IMG/VR virus record: IMGVR_UViG_3300033145_000529
Location: 64,001-128,000 of that record
Strand: one strand, 5' to 3'
Origin: a virus
Length of the DNA stretch: 64,000 nt
The position numbers and the translations under genes were made by a program. The notes under the pieces were generated by a model. That model was given only the letters and a program-made list of their open reading frames with translations. It had not been told where the DNA came from and did not search any database. Of the stretch, positions 10,193 to 20,385 are shown in pieces (within the stretch, counting starts at the first letter, position 1; the number at the start of each line of letters is the position of its first letter).

Positions 10193-11713
10193 ATGGCACG
10201 TGGTGATATTATAAATTCTAGTATAGAAACCTTGGAATTTGATGAAGACCAGGGAGTTTATTGTAAGATAGTACAAGTTTCTGGCGGTGTCTGTGCTATA
10301 GTATATGCGAATACCGATAATCTTAAAATGAAGACATATCTTATAGACAGCCTAGGTAATATTGGTGATGAGATAGACTCGGTGGTTATTGGAGTTGGGT
10401 CTTATCCCTATATCCATCATATTACTGATACCAATGTTTTTGCCATTGCATACGTAGGTCCTTCGGCAGACAGGTTTGTTAAACTTCTTACTATTAATAT
10501 CAGTAATGCGGGTATAATAGGTTCGGAAATTAGTTCATTGGACATTTACGACCCATCCCCTGATGTAGCACGGTACCTTAAGCTTGTTCATGTTAGTGGA
10601 ACTACATATGCTATTACTTGGTACATTGCTGGAACTCCTCCTGATTACCCTGGTTGGCTAGCAACAGTTAATATTGATAATGACGGTACAAATCTTTCTG
10701 TATTGGACAGCTATAATTTCTCTGCTAATGCCGTTTCACCTGATATTATGCGTGCTTATGGTAATGTGTTTATTATCACCCATAATGGCGGACTTGCAAT
10801 TACATTACCAATTGCTGCTAATGGTACAATTGGTTCAGTACTAGATAGTCATGATTTTCTGGTTGCTACAGGGTATCCATCACTAATTCACATCGCTGGT
10901 AACGTCTTTGCTACTGCTAGTTATGATGGGTTACCTGGTTGGATTAGGACATTTTCAGTTATTAGTGGTATTATAACTGAAATTGACACATATGAATTTG
11001 CTGGTGATGCTAGTGCTATAAGAGGTCTTTACTTAACTTCTGATGGTACTAATGTTATCATTGCTGTTGTATTCACAACTGCCCCTTCACCTCCTTTGGG
11101 GAAGATATACACCATTTACATAGGTATTGATGGAATTATCGGGGGACAGATAGATAGTGATCAGTGGAAGAGCACTGTTTCGACTCCTTATATAATTAAT
11201 GTAACTGGTAATATTTATGCTTTAGTTTGCGATGGATATGGTCCTGTGGGTGGTGGAGGATGGTTAGTAACACTAAGTATTGATACAATTTGGTATCGTG
11301 CGTTTAAAGGTTTATTTAATCGTGGTGATGAGATTCAAGCAATTTTTGAAGGTGGGGTAGGTTATAGAAGCCCCGATTTTGGGGTTACTTGGTATGAGAT
11401 GGAAGATGAACCAATAACAGGCAGAGATGTCGGATTTGATGCTTCAAATGAACAAGAGTCATTCATTGGGGCTAGTGGGGTTCTTTACAAGTTTGATTAT
11501 GCGGAGGGAGAGATTTTTTACTATGCTCAAGGTGCAGCAATAAGTGGAGTTGTATCATGTATAGATGTAGACCCAGTAACTCCTGTTGCAGTTGTTGGGA
11601 CAAGTGAGAAATTATATAAAACAGTAGACTTCGGTGCAACAGTTCATGAATGGAAGAGCATTCCAGTTGCGGGCGTTGCAATAGGCGGAAATTTTATAGT
11701 ACCGAGTGGATAA
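10193..11713 (+). CDS. tail tip beta-propeller repeat protein
   Basis: about 7 repeats of ~50 aa plus C-terminal Asp-boxes (SPDFGVTW, TVDFGATV). Confidence 0.6.
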   Translation: MARGDIINSSIETLEFDEDQGVYCKIVQVSGGVCAIVYANTDNLKMKTYLIDSLGNIGDEIDSVVIGVGSYPYIHHITDTNVFAIAYVGPSADRFVKLLTINISNAGIIGSEISSLDIYDPSPDVARYLKLVHVSGTTYAITWYIAGTPPDYPGWLATVNIDNDGTNLSVLDSYNFSANAVSPDIMRAYGNVFIITHNGGLAITLPIAANGTIGSVLDSHDFLVATGYPSLIHIAGNVFATASYDGLPGWIRTFSVISGIITEIDTYEFAGDASAIRGLYLTSDGTNVIIAVVFTTAPSPPLGKIYTIYIGIDGIIGGQIDSDQWKSTVSTPYIINVTGNIYALVCDGYGPVGGGGWLVTLSIDTIWYRAFKGLFNRGDEIQAIFEGGVGYRSPDFGVTWYEMEDEPITGRDVGFDASNEQESFIGASGVLYKFDYAEGEIFYYAQGAAISGVVSCIDVDPVTPVAVVGTSEKLYKTVDFGATVHEWKSIPVAGVAIGGNFIVPSG

Positions 11714-13673
11714 TATGATAACTAAGAGAGAAGCTAAAGAAATAGTAGATTGGGTTGTTCGGGAGATAACGAGGCGTAACTTTTCCTACGTTACTGATGG
11801 TAGATTAGATTTGAGTAAATCTCCTGTTGGGGCAATTTCTGGGACTCAAACTTCTGGTGGTCCTATTGCTGATGGTGCTATTTGGAATCGTCATGTTCAC
11901 CCCAACGCTGATATTAGGGGAACAAAAGTAAGAATAGCGACAACCGCAGAACGTGGTACTGTTCAGTTAGGAACTGATGGTGTAGCACTAGTCCCTACAA
12001 TGTCTGGTCTTCTTGCTACGGCTTCTGGTCTTGGTGCAAGTCTAATTGGTATTGAGGATAGTCCTGATGCATTTGTGTCAGAGGATGTAGAAGCTGTTCT
12101 ACATGAGTTGTATGATAAAATCGTTGCTATTGCCTTCCTTGATTTGACCGATACTCCAAGTAATTATACAAACAGATTCCCACAAGTTCCTACTATTACC
12201 GAGGCTGAGGCTGGTTTAGAATGGAGACCAGTGGATTATTATGATAGTGATAGCGTTGTACCTTTCCTTGGTTATGCCCTCAGCTTTGATGGGGATGATG
12301 ATTATGTAAATTGCGGGCAGGACAACAGCTTAAATCTAGTAGGTGACCTCAGTATTGAGATATGGATAAACCCTGATGCTACCAATATTAGTGGTTTGTC
12401 TTCAGTTTATAAATTTGCGGGTGGTTATAAAGGATTTAGGTTTGGAGTAAAGACTGCCGAAACAAACTTTGCCATCGGCAATTCAGGGGGTGGATATGAG
12501 GGATTAAATTGGAAACATGCTAATCTCTCTGATACTGAGGCTTATGTAGTAATTACAAAGGAAGGAACTACGGTTAAGTGTTATATAAATAACGTAGCAC
12601 AAGCTGACAAAACTCTCTCTGATGCTGTGATAAATGACCACTCTACAGTAAACTTATTACTTGGTCATAATCCATTGAATGCCAAGTACTTAAAAGGTAA
12701 GATAGCCCAAGTCCGCATATCAAATGTAGCTCGAACTCAAGCTGAAATAACTGCTAATTATAATGGCGGAGCAGGTCGCAAATTCCCACTGGATGCCAAT
12801 ACAGTAGCTCTGTGGCAGATAGATGAAGGTGCTGGTGCTACTGTCTATGATGAGACAGATAATGATAATGACGGGACTATTGATGGAGCTACTTGGACAG
12901 ATAGTATAATATATTCTAGATTTGATACTGATTATTCAGGTGCGGTTGCTGTAAGGTGTGGTGAAGAAGTAGTTGATGCTGAATCTGCTACAATGAATAA
13001 CATTCTTGATGGTGGTGAAGCTAATGGTTACTACGATATTTATGGCAGACCAAAAACAAGAATTGGTAGTAAGGAACAAATAGCAAAAGGAAATTATACA
13101 GAGTTTGAAGCGGATGGAACTCATCGTTTTGCTGGTGAGTCTACTGTGTGGGAAGATTTACGGACTCCTACTAATATGCTCAAGACCCACAGCACCAAAC
13201 CTCCTGTTTGGACTGATTATAAAGGTGGTCAAGTGTTAGCTTTTGAAGACCAAGCAGTAAATTATCAGACAGTTTACTTCACGTGGCAAATGCCACACGC
13301 ATATAAATTGGGAACAACACTTTATCCTCACGTTCACATTGTACCAGAAGACGATACTGCTGGAGATGTTTATTGGGAATTTACTTACAGTATAGCAGAA
13401 AAGGATGGCATAGTTCCAAATCCAACTACTGTAAATACTGTTCAAGCAATGCCTGCCATAGCAGACCAGCATAAGTTTCACTACATTGCTACAATAAGTG
13501 GAAGTGAAATGCCCGCTAGTGGAGATGATGTATCAACAATGTTATTGTGTAGTTTAACACGTAGGTCTGATGACGCATTGGATACTTTTAATGGTAAGAG
13601 TGTTTATTTATTAGAGGTAGATTTACATTATGAAATAGATACTGTTGGTAGTAGGCAAGAACTTATTAAATAG
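11706..13673 (+). CDS. tail fibre/spike protein with LamG (concanavalin-like) domain
   Basis: ALSFDGDDDYV...IEIWINP...KGKIAQVRISN LamG signature. Confidence 0.75.
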   Translation: MDNMITKREAKEIVDWVVREITRRNFSYVTDGRLDLSKSPVGAISGTQTSGGPIADGAIWNRHVHPNADIRGTKVRIATTAERGTVQLGTDGVALVPTMSGLLATASGLGASLIGIEDSPDAFVSEDVEAVLHELYDKIVAIAFLDLTDTPSNYTNRFPQVPTITEAEAGLEWRPVDYYDSDSVVPFLGYALSFDGDDDYVNCGQDNSLNLVGDLSIEIWINPDATNISGLSSVYKFAGGYKGFRFGVKTAETNFAIGNSGGGYEGLNWKHANLSDTEAYVVITKEGTTVKCYINNVAQADKTLSDAVINDHSTVNLLLGHNPLNAKYLKGKIAQVRISNVARTQAEITANYNGGAGRKFPLDANTVALWQIDEGAGATVYDETDNDNDGTIDGATWTDSIIYSRFDTDYSGAVAVRCGEEVVDAESATMNNILDGGEANGYYDIYGRPKTRIGSKEQIAKGNYTEFEADGTHRFAGESTVWEDLRTPTNMLKTHSTKPPVWTDYKGGQVLAFEDQAVNYQTVYFTWQMPHAYKLGTTLYPHVHIVPEDDTAGDVYWEFTYSIAEKDGIVPNPTTVNTVQAMPAIADQHKFHYIATISGSEMPASGDDVSTMLLCSLTRRSDDALDTFNGKSVYLLEVDLHYEIDTVGSRQELIK

Positions 13674-13683
13674 GTGAAATAAA

Positions 13684-14664
13684 ATGGCAACAAAAATATA
13701 TTTAAGAAGAGGAACACGCACCGAAATTCTAGGTATTGTTCCTGAAAGTGGTGAACCAGTATGGGCAACGGACACCAAAGCATTGTATATTGGTGATGAT
13801 GCAACGTCTGGTGGTGTTTTTGTCGGTGGCACTGGTGCTCAAGTACTGTCTTTAAATGGATTATTTGATATTATAACAATATCTGGTGCAGGTCTTGTTA
13901 CTGTAACTGAAGATGGTCAAGTGATAGTGGTCTCTGGTGAAGATATACTTGACGTGGACAGCTTGAATGGTTTAACTGGTGCGGTTACAATTTCGGGATT
14001 AAATGGTATAACTGTATTTGAAGATGGGCAAATCATAGTGGTTTCAGGTCGTGATGAATTTCTTGAGCTTATAGATACACCATCAAGCTATGCAGGTCAA
14101 GGTGGAAAGTTTGCTAGGGTAAATGTTGGTGAGGATGCTCTAGAATTTGCACCTACTGCATTTGTTGGTTTGACAGATACTCCTGCTAATTTTACTGGTT
14201 CGTCTAAGAAACTTGTTGCCGTAAATGCTGGTGAATCCGCCCTTGAGTTTATTAAAAGAATAAATATTGAAGAGACCTTAACAAGCGACCACGATTGGGC
14301 AGGATTAGTGTGTAGTGGTATTGCTGGTGAAACCTTGGCATTTGGTGAATTAGTTTATTATGCAAGTGATAGTAAGTGGAAGAAAACAATTGCAACAGTA
14401 GAAGGGCAAACAGATGGACATTTGTCATTGGTAGTTGCGTCAGGTGTGGAGGATGACAGTATTACTTTATTACTTCTAGGTTACATAAGAGATGATAGTT
14501 GGAGTTGGGTGGTGGCTAGTGGACTTTTTGTGCATACTGTAAGTGGGGAAATGTCCCAAGTTGCACCGAGTAATGCTGGTGAGTTTGTTCGTAGAGTGGG
14601 TTATGCTCATTCTTCTGATGCTATTTGGTTTAATCCTGATGGTACTGTAATAGAGAGGAGTTAG
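13684..14664 (+). CDS. tail fibre protein (Mtd_N-like N terminus, internal repeats)
   Basis: KIYLRRGT...GEPVWATDTKALYIGD; tandem SLNGL and L.DTP..Y/F.G repeats. Confidence 0.7.
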   Translation: MATKIYLRRGTRTEILGIVPESGEPVWATDTKALYIGDDATSGGVFVGGTGAQVLSLNGLFDIITISGAGLVTVTEDGQVIVVSGEDILDVDSLNGLTGAVTISGLNGITVFEDGQIIVVSGRDEFLELIDTPSSYAGQGGKFARVNVGEDALEFAPTAFVGLTDTPANFTGSSKKLVAVNAGESALEFIKRINIEETLTSDHDWAGLVCSGIAGETLAFGELVYYASDSKWKKTIATVEGQTDGHLSLVVASGVEDDSITLLLLGYIRDDSWSWVVASGLFVHTVSGEMSQVAPSNAGEFVRRVGYAHSSDAIWFNPDGTVIERS

Positions 14665-14668
14665 GCAA

Positions 14669-15946
14669 ATGTCTGAGCAAGTAATAATTGGAGGAGACCC
14701 AGAGAGGTATATTGCTGGTGCTGCTGCTAGGTATCACTGCCTTATGGGTGGAGGTTATTGGAAGACTGCTAGTATAGCAATTCCTATGCCTACAGCAGGG
14801 ACTCTAAAGAAGCTAAGAGTTCAGCTAACTGGTGCTCCTGGTGATGGTAAGAGCTATCAGATATATCTCAGTAAAGGTGGTGTAGAACAAGCATTATCGG
14901 TAACTATCTCAGGTGCTTCGGATACTGCAGGTTCAGATGATAGTAATGAAATATCTGTAGTTGCTGGAGATTTGGTAGAACTGGTAAGTATTCCTACAAA
15001 CACTCCTACTGATAGAGCTTGCACTTTCAGCTTAGAGTTTATACCTACCGTTGATAACGAGTCCATACACTTTGCATATATTGATAATGAGAAGAACAGT
15101 GATGGAGATGCCTATCACCAGGTTGTCTCTGGTTACGGCTCTGAGGTAGGTGCTGTTCTTGACAAAGCCTATGCAGTAGTTCCAACTGGCGGAACACTAA
15201 AGCTACTATATGCTATTGCCTTTACTGCCCCTGGTGCAGGAAACTCCAGAACCTTCACTGTGTACAAGGATGGTGGAGATACAGGTATAGTAGCTGCTAT
15301 TGCTGATACAGATACTAAGGTTCAGGATACCACTCACTCCCAGGCTGTTTCTGCTGGAGACCTGTTCTGTGTAAAGCTAACTAATGCAGGAGGTCCTGCT
15401 AGTTCAAAGTATGGCTGGTCATTTGTCTTCCTAGCTAGTACTGCTGGTGAGTTTCCTATCTTTAACTGTGGTGTTTATGCTCCTGCTATAGATGCTGTAA
15501 CCTACCAGAATCCCTGTGGTAGCTACTTTGGTGAGGCTTGGGATGCTACTGAGGCAAATGTAAAGCAGATTACTAGAACTATGGCTATCACTAAGATGTA
15601 TGTGAATCTAACTACTGCTCCTGGTGCTGATTCTAAGTCATATGCATTTATGCTAAGGGAGGATGAGGGAGATACAGATGTTACTGTAACTATTAGTACT
15701 ACAGCTACTACAGGTAACGATACAGCCCACACTCATGCTTTTACTGATAATCACTATGTAGCTGTAAAGTGCACTCCTGCTAATGCTCCTGCTACTACTT
15801 ACCCTAGGATAAGCCTATGTGGTTATATTTCTGATGCTCCTAGTGGTCCTTCTATAGCAAGCCTTGATGGAATTGCATCAGCATTAATTAATAAAGTAGC
15901 TGGTATTCCTTGGGCAAGCATTGCCAAAATAAATGGAGTAGGATAG
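14669..15946 (+). CDS. virion/receptor-binding protein with three internal repeats
   Basis: three ~130-aa repeats (GTLK.L...APG...S); end of tail module. Confidence 0.55.
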   Translation: MSEQVIIGGDPERYIAGAAARYHCLMGGGYWKTASIAIPMPTAGTLKKLRVQLTGAPGDGKSYQIYLSKGGVEQALSVTISGASDTAGSDDSNEISVVAGDLVELVSIPTNTPTDRACTFSLEFIPTVDNESIHFAYIDNEKNSDGDAYHQVVSGYGSEVGAVLDKAYAVVPTGGTLKLLYAIAFTAPGAGNSRTFTVYKDGGDTGIVAAIADTDTKVQDTTHSQAVSAGDLFCVKLTNAGGPASSKYGWSFVFLASTAGEFPIFNCGVYAPAIDAVTYQNPCGSYFGEAWDATEANVKQITRTMAITKMYVNLTTAPGADSKSYAFMLREDEGDTDVTVTISTTATTGNDTAHTHAFTDNHYVAVKCTPANAPATTYPRISLCGYISDAPSGPSIASLDGIASALINKVAGIPWASIAKINGVG

Positions 15947-15978
15947 GGCTTGACAACTCCTATTTTGTGTGGTATAAT
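15947..15978 (+). promoter_or_regulatory. sigma70/sigmaA-type promoter, extended -10
   Basis: GGC-TTGACA-N17-TATAAT with TG. Confidence 0.85.
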
Positions 15979-16049
15979 ACATGTAGGAATAGTAAAAGGT
16001 GTGGTGAGGAGAAGACAGAGAAAAAATACTTATTCCTAAGCCACGAAAA

Positions 16050-16081
16050 GGCTTGACATCTAGCCAATTATGTGGTATAAT
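16050..16081 (+). promoter_or_regulatory. sigma70/sigmaA-type promoter, extended -10
   Basis: GGC-TTGACA-N17-TATAAT with TG. Confidence 0.85.
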
Positions 16082-16102
16082 AAAAAGTAAAAGGAGAGTC
16101 TG

Positions 16103-16873
16103 ATGAGTGAATTTGGCAAAATTTTAGACGAAAGTAGCAAGAGAACAACTACAAGAGCGAGGTACGGTTCTGACTTTATTAAAGTTACGAGTGACCATCA
16201 AACGGTAATTAGAGTGCTTGATATTCGACCAGAAGTACAGTGGTCACACTTTGTACCAAAAGGACATCACGCCTTCCCTAATGCAAATGCGGGAAAGGGG
16301 ATGTCTTTTATGTGCCCAGGGTGGGATGATTGTCCTATCTGTGCTTGGAATCGAGGACAAAAGAAGACTGACCCAAAAACTAAGGATGTTCTAAATGCTC
16401 GTAAACTATATACCTTCAATGTTCTTGATAGAACATCTATTGCACTGTGTCCTAGTTGTGAAGCTGAACATTACGAGAGTGGCGGTTCTTACCCAAGTGA
16501 ATGTGAGTGTGGTGCAGATTTATCTAAAGTAGAAGCAACACCTCGTAATAAGATTCAAATTATGCAGAAGGGTAAGAGAATTGTAGACCAGTTTAAGTCG
16601 TTTGAGGAAGAACCTGAATTGGGTGACCTTAAAAATTATGATATTAAATTGGATACAAGGGGTAAGGGAAGTGAGTCAATGACTACTTGTGTTCCTAAGC
16701 AAAAGACTGAGATTGACATAGTTGAAGCTGTAGGTGAAGATTGGAAGGACAAGTTATATGACATTAAGCAAGTTACTGCACCATTATCTGCTGATGCTAT
16801 TGAGAGAATTCTTAACGGTGAAGACTATTACACTGTTCTGAGTTCCAAGAAAGATGAGGAGTCAACCTTATAA
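16103..16873 (+). CDS. single-stranded DNA-binding protein (gp32-like, Zn motifs)
   Basis: HFV...CP...CPIC, YTFNVLDR, YDIKL..RGKG..T, acidic tail; first gene of replication module. Confidence 0.7.
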   Translation: MSEFGKILDESSKRTTTRARYGSDFIKVTSDHQTVIRVLDIRPEVQWSHFVPKGHHAFPNANAGKGMSFMCPGWDDCPICAWNRGQKKTDPKTKDVLNARKLYTFNVLDRTSIALCPSCEAEHYESGGSYPSECECGADLSKVEATPRNKIQIMQKGKRIVDQFKSFEEEPELGDLKNYDIKLDTRGKGSESMTTCVPKQKTEIDIVEAVGEDWKDKLYDIKQVTAPLSADAIERILNGEDYYTVLSSKKDEESTL

Positions 16874-16893
16874 TTTAACTGGAGATACTAAAT

Positions 16894-17406
16894 ATGGGCG
16901 ATATTGAAGATAACGCTCGTAGTTTAACATGGTGGTGGGGACAGTTAAATTTGGGTGATGATTGGAACTCAATGCCACGTGATATGAAGCGAGGACTTAT
17001 CAAGAAACTTCATATGGCATTTATTGATATTGCTGAGTTCAATATCTCTGAAAAGGACATTCTGAGTTTAATTAAGTTGACTGACCCACCTACCGTGTGG
17101 GATGCGATGTTGTCATTAACTAAATTACCTAAGACTAGGAGCAAGTGGGAAGTTCTTGCCTATTTGAAGGTGGTTGTTATTAATACGTGGAAGGCACAGC
17201 ATCCTATCATAAGGTCTAATATGCAACCACCACCACAACCACCGAAGCCAATAAAAATCGCTAGTGATAAGACGGTTGAAAGGTGGAATCCTCTTAACTT
17301 TAAGAGGAGACGCTGTGGATGTGGAAATATAATACGTAGTGACAATAAAACAGGTTTATGTAGAACCTGTCAGAGACACAGGAATGGAAAGAACGTTGAA
17401 CATTAG
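16894..17406 (+). CDS. hypothetical protein with C-terminal Zn finger
   Basis: SD present; CGCG...LCRTC. Confidence 0.6.
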   Translation: MGDIEDNARSLTWWWGQLNLGDDWNSMPRDMKRGLIKKLHMAFIDIAEFNISEKDILSLIKLTDPPTVWDAMLSLTKLPKTRSKWEVLAYLKVVVINTWKAQHPIIRSNMQPPPQPPKPIKIASDKTVERWNPLNFKRRRCGCGNIIRSDNKTGLCRTCQRHRNGKNVEH

Positions 17407-18376
17407 TATTGCTTTGGTTGATGATTTAAAGATTCGCCAGCGTAGGGAACATGAGATATTGGGAGTTTGTCCTCATTGTGGTTGTGATGATGCAAATTTT
17501 AATACCGCAAAGTTGGTGTGGAGATGTCAACATTGTCCTGCTAGGGGTATAATTATTCCTGAAGAGGGGTACGAAGTTATAGAAGTTGAGGAAAAGGTGC
17601 TTGATGTCAAAGAAGTGAGAAGTCTTTATACTTCTTTGGGTAATAAATACTATCAAGACAGGGTACAATCTGCTTCAACTTACTTAAAGTCTAGAGGTTT
17701 AACACAACAGACAATTGATAACTTTAAGTTGGGGTTCTGTTCCACTGATTTTTATGATGAATATAGCAACCCGTTGGCTGAGGATGCTGGTCTTGTTTAT
17801 AATAATTATCCCGCATTAACTAATAGAATTACAATTCCATACTTAGTTTGTGGGGAAGTTACTGATTTAAGGGGACGAATACTTGATACTTACAAATATA
17901 AAGAAAGAACTCCAACTTATACGAGTTTGTCTGGTAGTCATGTGGTAAGAGGTGCAACTTTTCTTTTTAATCATGATATAATAGATACGAGTAATAGGAT
18001 TATAATAACTGAAGGAGAGTTTAAAGCCATTGTAGCCCACCAACATGGTTTCCCTATTGTGGCTACTCCTGGTGTTTTTGGATGGCAGAAGAGGTGGTCA
18101 TCATTGTTTAAAGGTAAAGAAGTTATTTTAGCGGCAGATTTTGATAGAGTTTTTGGTATATATTCTCCTGCTTATCTGATGACTAAAATGTTATTAAAGG
18201 AGATTCCACAGTTGAAGGTGGCAATATTAAGAATTGCAAGTTATACCATGAAGGGTAAAATTGATGTTGACTCGTTGATAGCTAATGGTCATTTGAAAAC
18301 TTTTAATAGAGCAATAGAAGGTGCGGTGGATGCCAGGTGGTGGTTAAAGCGAGAGGGGACGAAATATGGTAAATGA
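17339..18376 (+). CDS. DNA primase (Zn finger + TOPRIM); start may be ATG 17384
   Basis: CPHC...WRCQHC, YLKSRGL, NRITIP, IITEGEFKA, AADFD. Confidence 0.9.
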   Translation: MTIKQVYVEPVRDTGMERTLNISIALVDDLKIRQRREHEILGVCPHCGCDDANFNTAKLVWRCQHCPARGIIIPEEGYEVIEVEEKVLDVKEVRSLYTSLGNKYYQDRVQSASTYLKSRGLTQQTIDNFKLGFCSTDFYDEYSNPLAEDAGLVYNNYPALTNRITIPYLVCGEVTDLRGRILDTYKYKERTPTYTSLSGSHVVRGATFLFNHDIIDTSNRIIITEGEFKAIVAHQHGFPIVATPGVFGWQKRWSSLFKGKEVILAADFDRVFGIYSPAYLMTKMLLKEIPQLKVAILRIASYTMKGKIDVDSLIANGHLKTFNRAIEGAVDARWWLKREGTKYGK

Positions 18377-19919
18377 GATACAATTAACTCAAGAGCAGAT
18401 TGACGAGATTGACCTTAAAACAGAGAATGAGGATATACTATTTGGTAATACTGCTTCTGTAATTAGAACTGCTGATGATGGGAGGCTTCCAGTTTCTTAT
18501 GAGAATGCGGAAGAGGCTCTCCTTGCCATGTTTATACTAGATGATGATGTTGCAGAGTACATAATTAAAAGTGGTTTAAATGAAACTCATTTTTCTAAGC
18601 GTAAAAATAGGATTATATTTCCCTTAATTTATAATGTTAGGCTTGAGAGAAGTGCTTGTACTTATGACTTTGTTGTTGACAAACTTGAGGGAGAGACGAT
18701 GCCAGATGGTCAGACCGTTCTTAGTTTTGTGGGTGGACTTTCTAAGTTGTCTGAGATAATAGAGTGTTGTCCAGCAGTTATTGATTTAAACGTTGCTCAA
18801 GGTTATGTTGAAATAATACATAAGCAATGGAAGTTAGCAAAGGTTCAAGAGATAACACGTAAGATTGGTGGTCAGAAAAAGTATGATGAATCTGCACTTA
18901 TTACTGATTTGTCTGACTTGGAACAAGTTGTAAGTGACCGTGCCGTTGAACGTGGTGGTCTTATTTCTTTGGGTGTTCTTATACCAGATGCTTATGAGCG
19001 TTATATGGATAGGAGAAATAACCCCCAAAAGTATAAGGGGATGGAAACTGGTTTTTACTGGTTGAATAGGGATAGAGCAATTAGTAAGAAACATGTAACT
19101 GTCATAGGGGCTAGTACTAATATTGGTAAAAGCGTACTTGTGTCCAATATAATAACTAAGATGATACTGGATGATGTGAAACTCCTATTGTTCACCCCCG
19201 AACTTGATAGAAGAGAATACATTGATAGGTTGATGTGTGGAGAGGCAAAAGTATCAATAGAGAGGTGGAACGATGGTGCTATTACAGATGAGGATAACAC
19301 TAGATATGGCGTAATTCAGGATAAATTACTTAAAAAAGCACAAAATCTTTATGTAGAAGATAGGGGAAATCAGAGTTGTAGTTTTATTTTGAGCAGTATC
19401 AAGAAACATTTATTAAACCATATTGTGGATGTTGTAGTGGTTGATTACCTACAAGATTTAGATTATGTAGGAGATACCAGGAGAGCTATTACTGACATAA
19501 TGAGAAGGTTCTGTGCTTTTGCAAAGGATAATGACATCGCATTTATAGTATTAAGTCAGTTTAGGCGTTTTGATGATAGTAGAGAGCCTACGAAGGAAGA
19601 TTTAAAGGAGAGTGGTGACATCGAGAACATGGCAGATTGTGTTATCTTATTGCACAGGCTGAGTCTAACTACACATGGTGAGAGAAATAAGGGGTGGTAT
19701 AAAATAGCTAAAAATAGGCACGGTCCACTTACCGATAATGTTGCCCTGACTTTTTGGGAAGATTATCTCAAGTTTACTGAAAATGATATTCCAGAAAGTG
19801 GTAAAGAAGATCAGGGGACACTTATTGGTGACTATGATAATAGTATACCTGATGAGAGTAGACCAACAGAACAGTCAGTTGCAGAGCAGATTAAGAAGGA
19901 GCAAGGTAGTGGCAGTTAA
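18366..19919 (+). CDS. dnaB: replicative DNA helicase DnaB
   Basis: GASTNIGKS Walker A, VVVDYLQ, LSQF, DLKESGDIENMAD, IAKNRHG. Confidence 0.95.
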   Translation: MVNEIQLTQEQIDEIDLKTENEDILFGNTASVIRTADDGRLPVSYENAEEALLAMFILDDDVAEYIIKSGLNETHFSKRKNRIIFPLIYNVRLERSACTYDFVVDKLEGETMPDGQTVLSFVGGLSKLSEIIECCPAVIDLNVAQGYVEIIHKQWKLAKVQEITRKIGGQKKYDESALITDLSDLEQVVSDRAVERGGLISLGVLIPDAYERYMDRRNNPQKYKGMETGFYWLNRDRAISKKHVTVIGASTNIGKSVLVSNIITKMILDDVKLLLFTPELDRREYIDRLMCGEAKVSIERWNDGAITDEDNTRYGVIQDKLLKKAQNLYVEDRGNQSCSFILSSIKKHLLNHIVDVVVVDYLQDLDYVGDTRRAITDIMRRFCAFAKDNDIAFIVLSQFRRFDDSREPTKEDLKESGDIENMADCVILLHRLSLTTHGERNKGWYKIAKNRHGPLTDNVALTFWEDYLKFTENDIPESGKEDQGTLIGDYDNSIPDESRPTEQSVAEQIKKEQGSGS

Positions 19920-20385
19920 AAAGGGTAAAGTATTTGAACGTGAAACTGCGGCTTTAGCGGGTGTTTCCCCCAAGGGGAAAATTTATGGCAGAAGAATAGA
20001 GAGGTCTGGAGCAATTGGTACAGCAGAGGGAATATCCGAGTTGGCAGGGGATGTTAGATGGATGTTACCTTGGCTTGACTCAGAAATACACTTAGAGTGT
20101 AAGCATGGTTATAGTGATAAAGGTCAAGAAAGAAAATCAATGCGTATTGAACGGAAATGGTTTGATAAGCATATAACACAAGCGAAATCTTTAGATTTTT
20201 ATCCCGCTTTTGCTTTTAAGTTTAAGTTCACTCAACAGAATGGTATGAGTAAGATGGTCGTAATCCCATTTCCAGTAATGGAGAGAGTTCTGCGTGAGGC
20301 TAATAATGTATATGAGGAATTAGAAGAGCTAAAAAGAGAGTTGGTTATGTGGCAAAAAGGAATTAAAACAAGGAAGGACGAATAA
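19909..20385 (+). CDS. Holliday junction resolvase (Hjc-like PD-(D/E)XK)
   Basis: KGKVFERE...SGA...GDV...LECK; GTG start with AGGAG SD. Confidence 0.7.
   Translation: MAVKKGKVFERETAALAGVSPKGKIYGRRIERSGAIGTAEGISELAGDVRWMLPWLDSEIHLECKHGYSDKGQERKSMRIERKWFDKHITQAKSLDFYPAFAFKFKFTQQNGMSKMVVIPFPVMERVLREANNVYEELEELKRELVMWQKGIKTRKDE

Noticed and set aside
4647-15732. Minus-strand ORFs inside tail genes
   Set aside because: Antisense shadows of long, well-supported plus-strand genes
13684-15946. Diversity-generating retroelement suggested by the Mtd_N-like fibre
   Set aside because: No reverse transcriptase and no template/variable repeat pair noticed in the window
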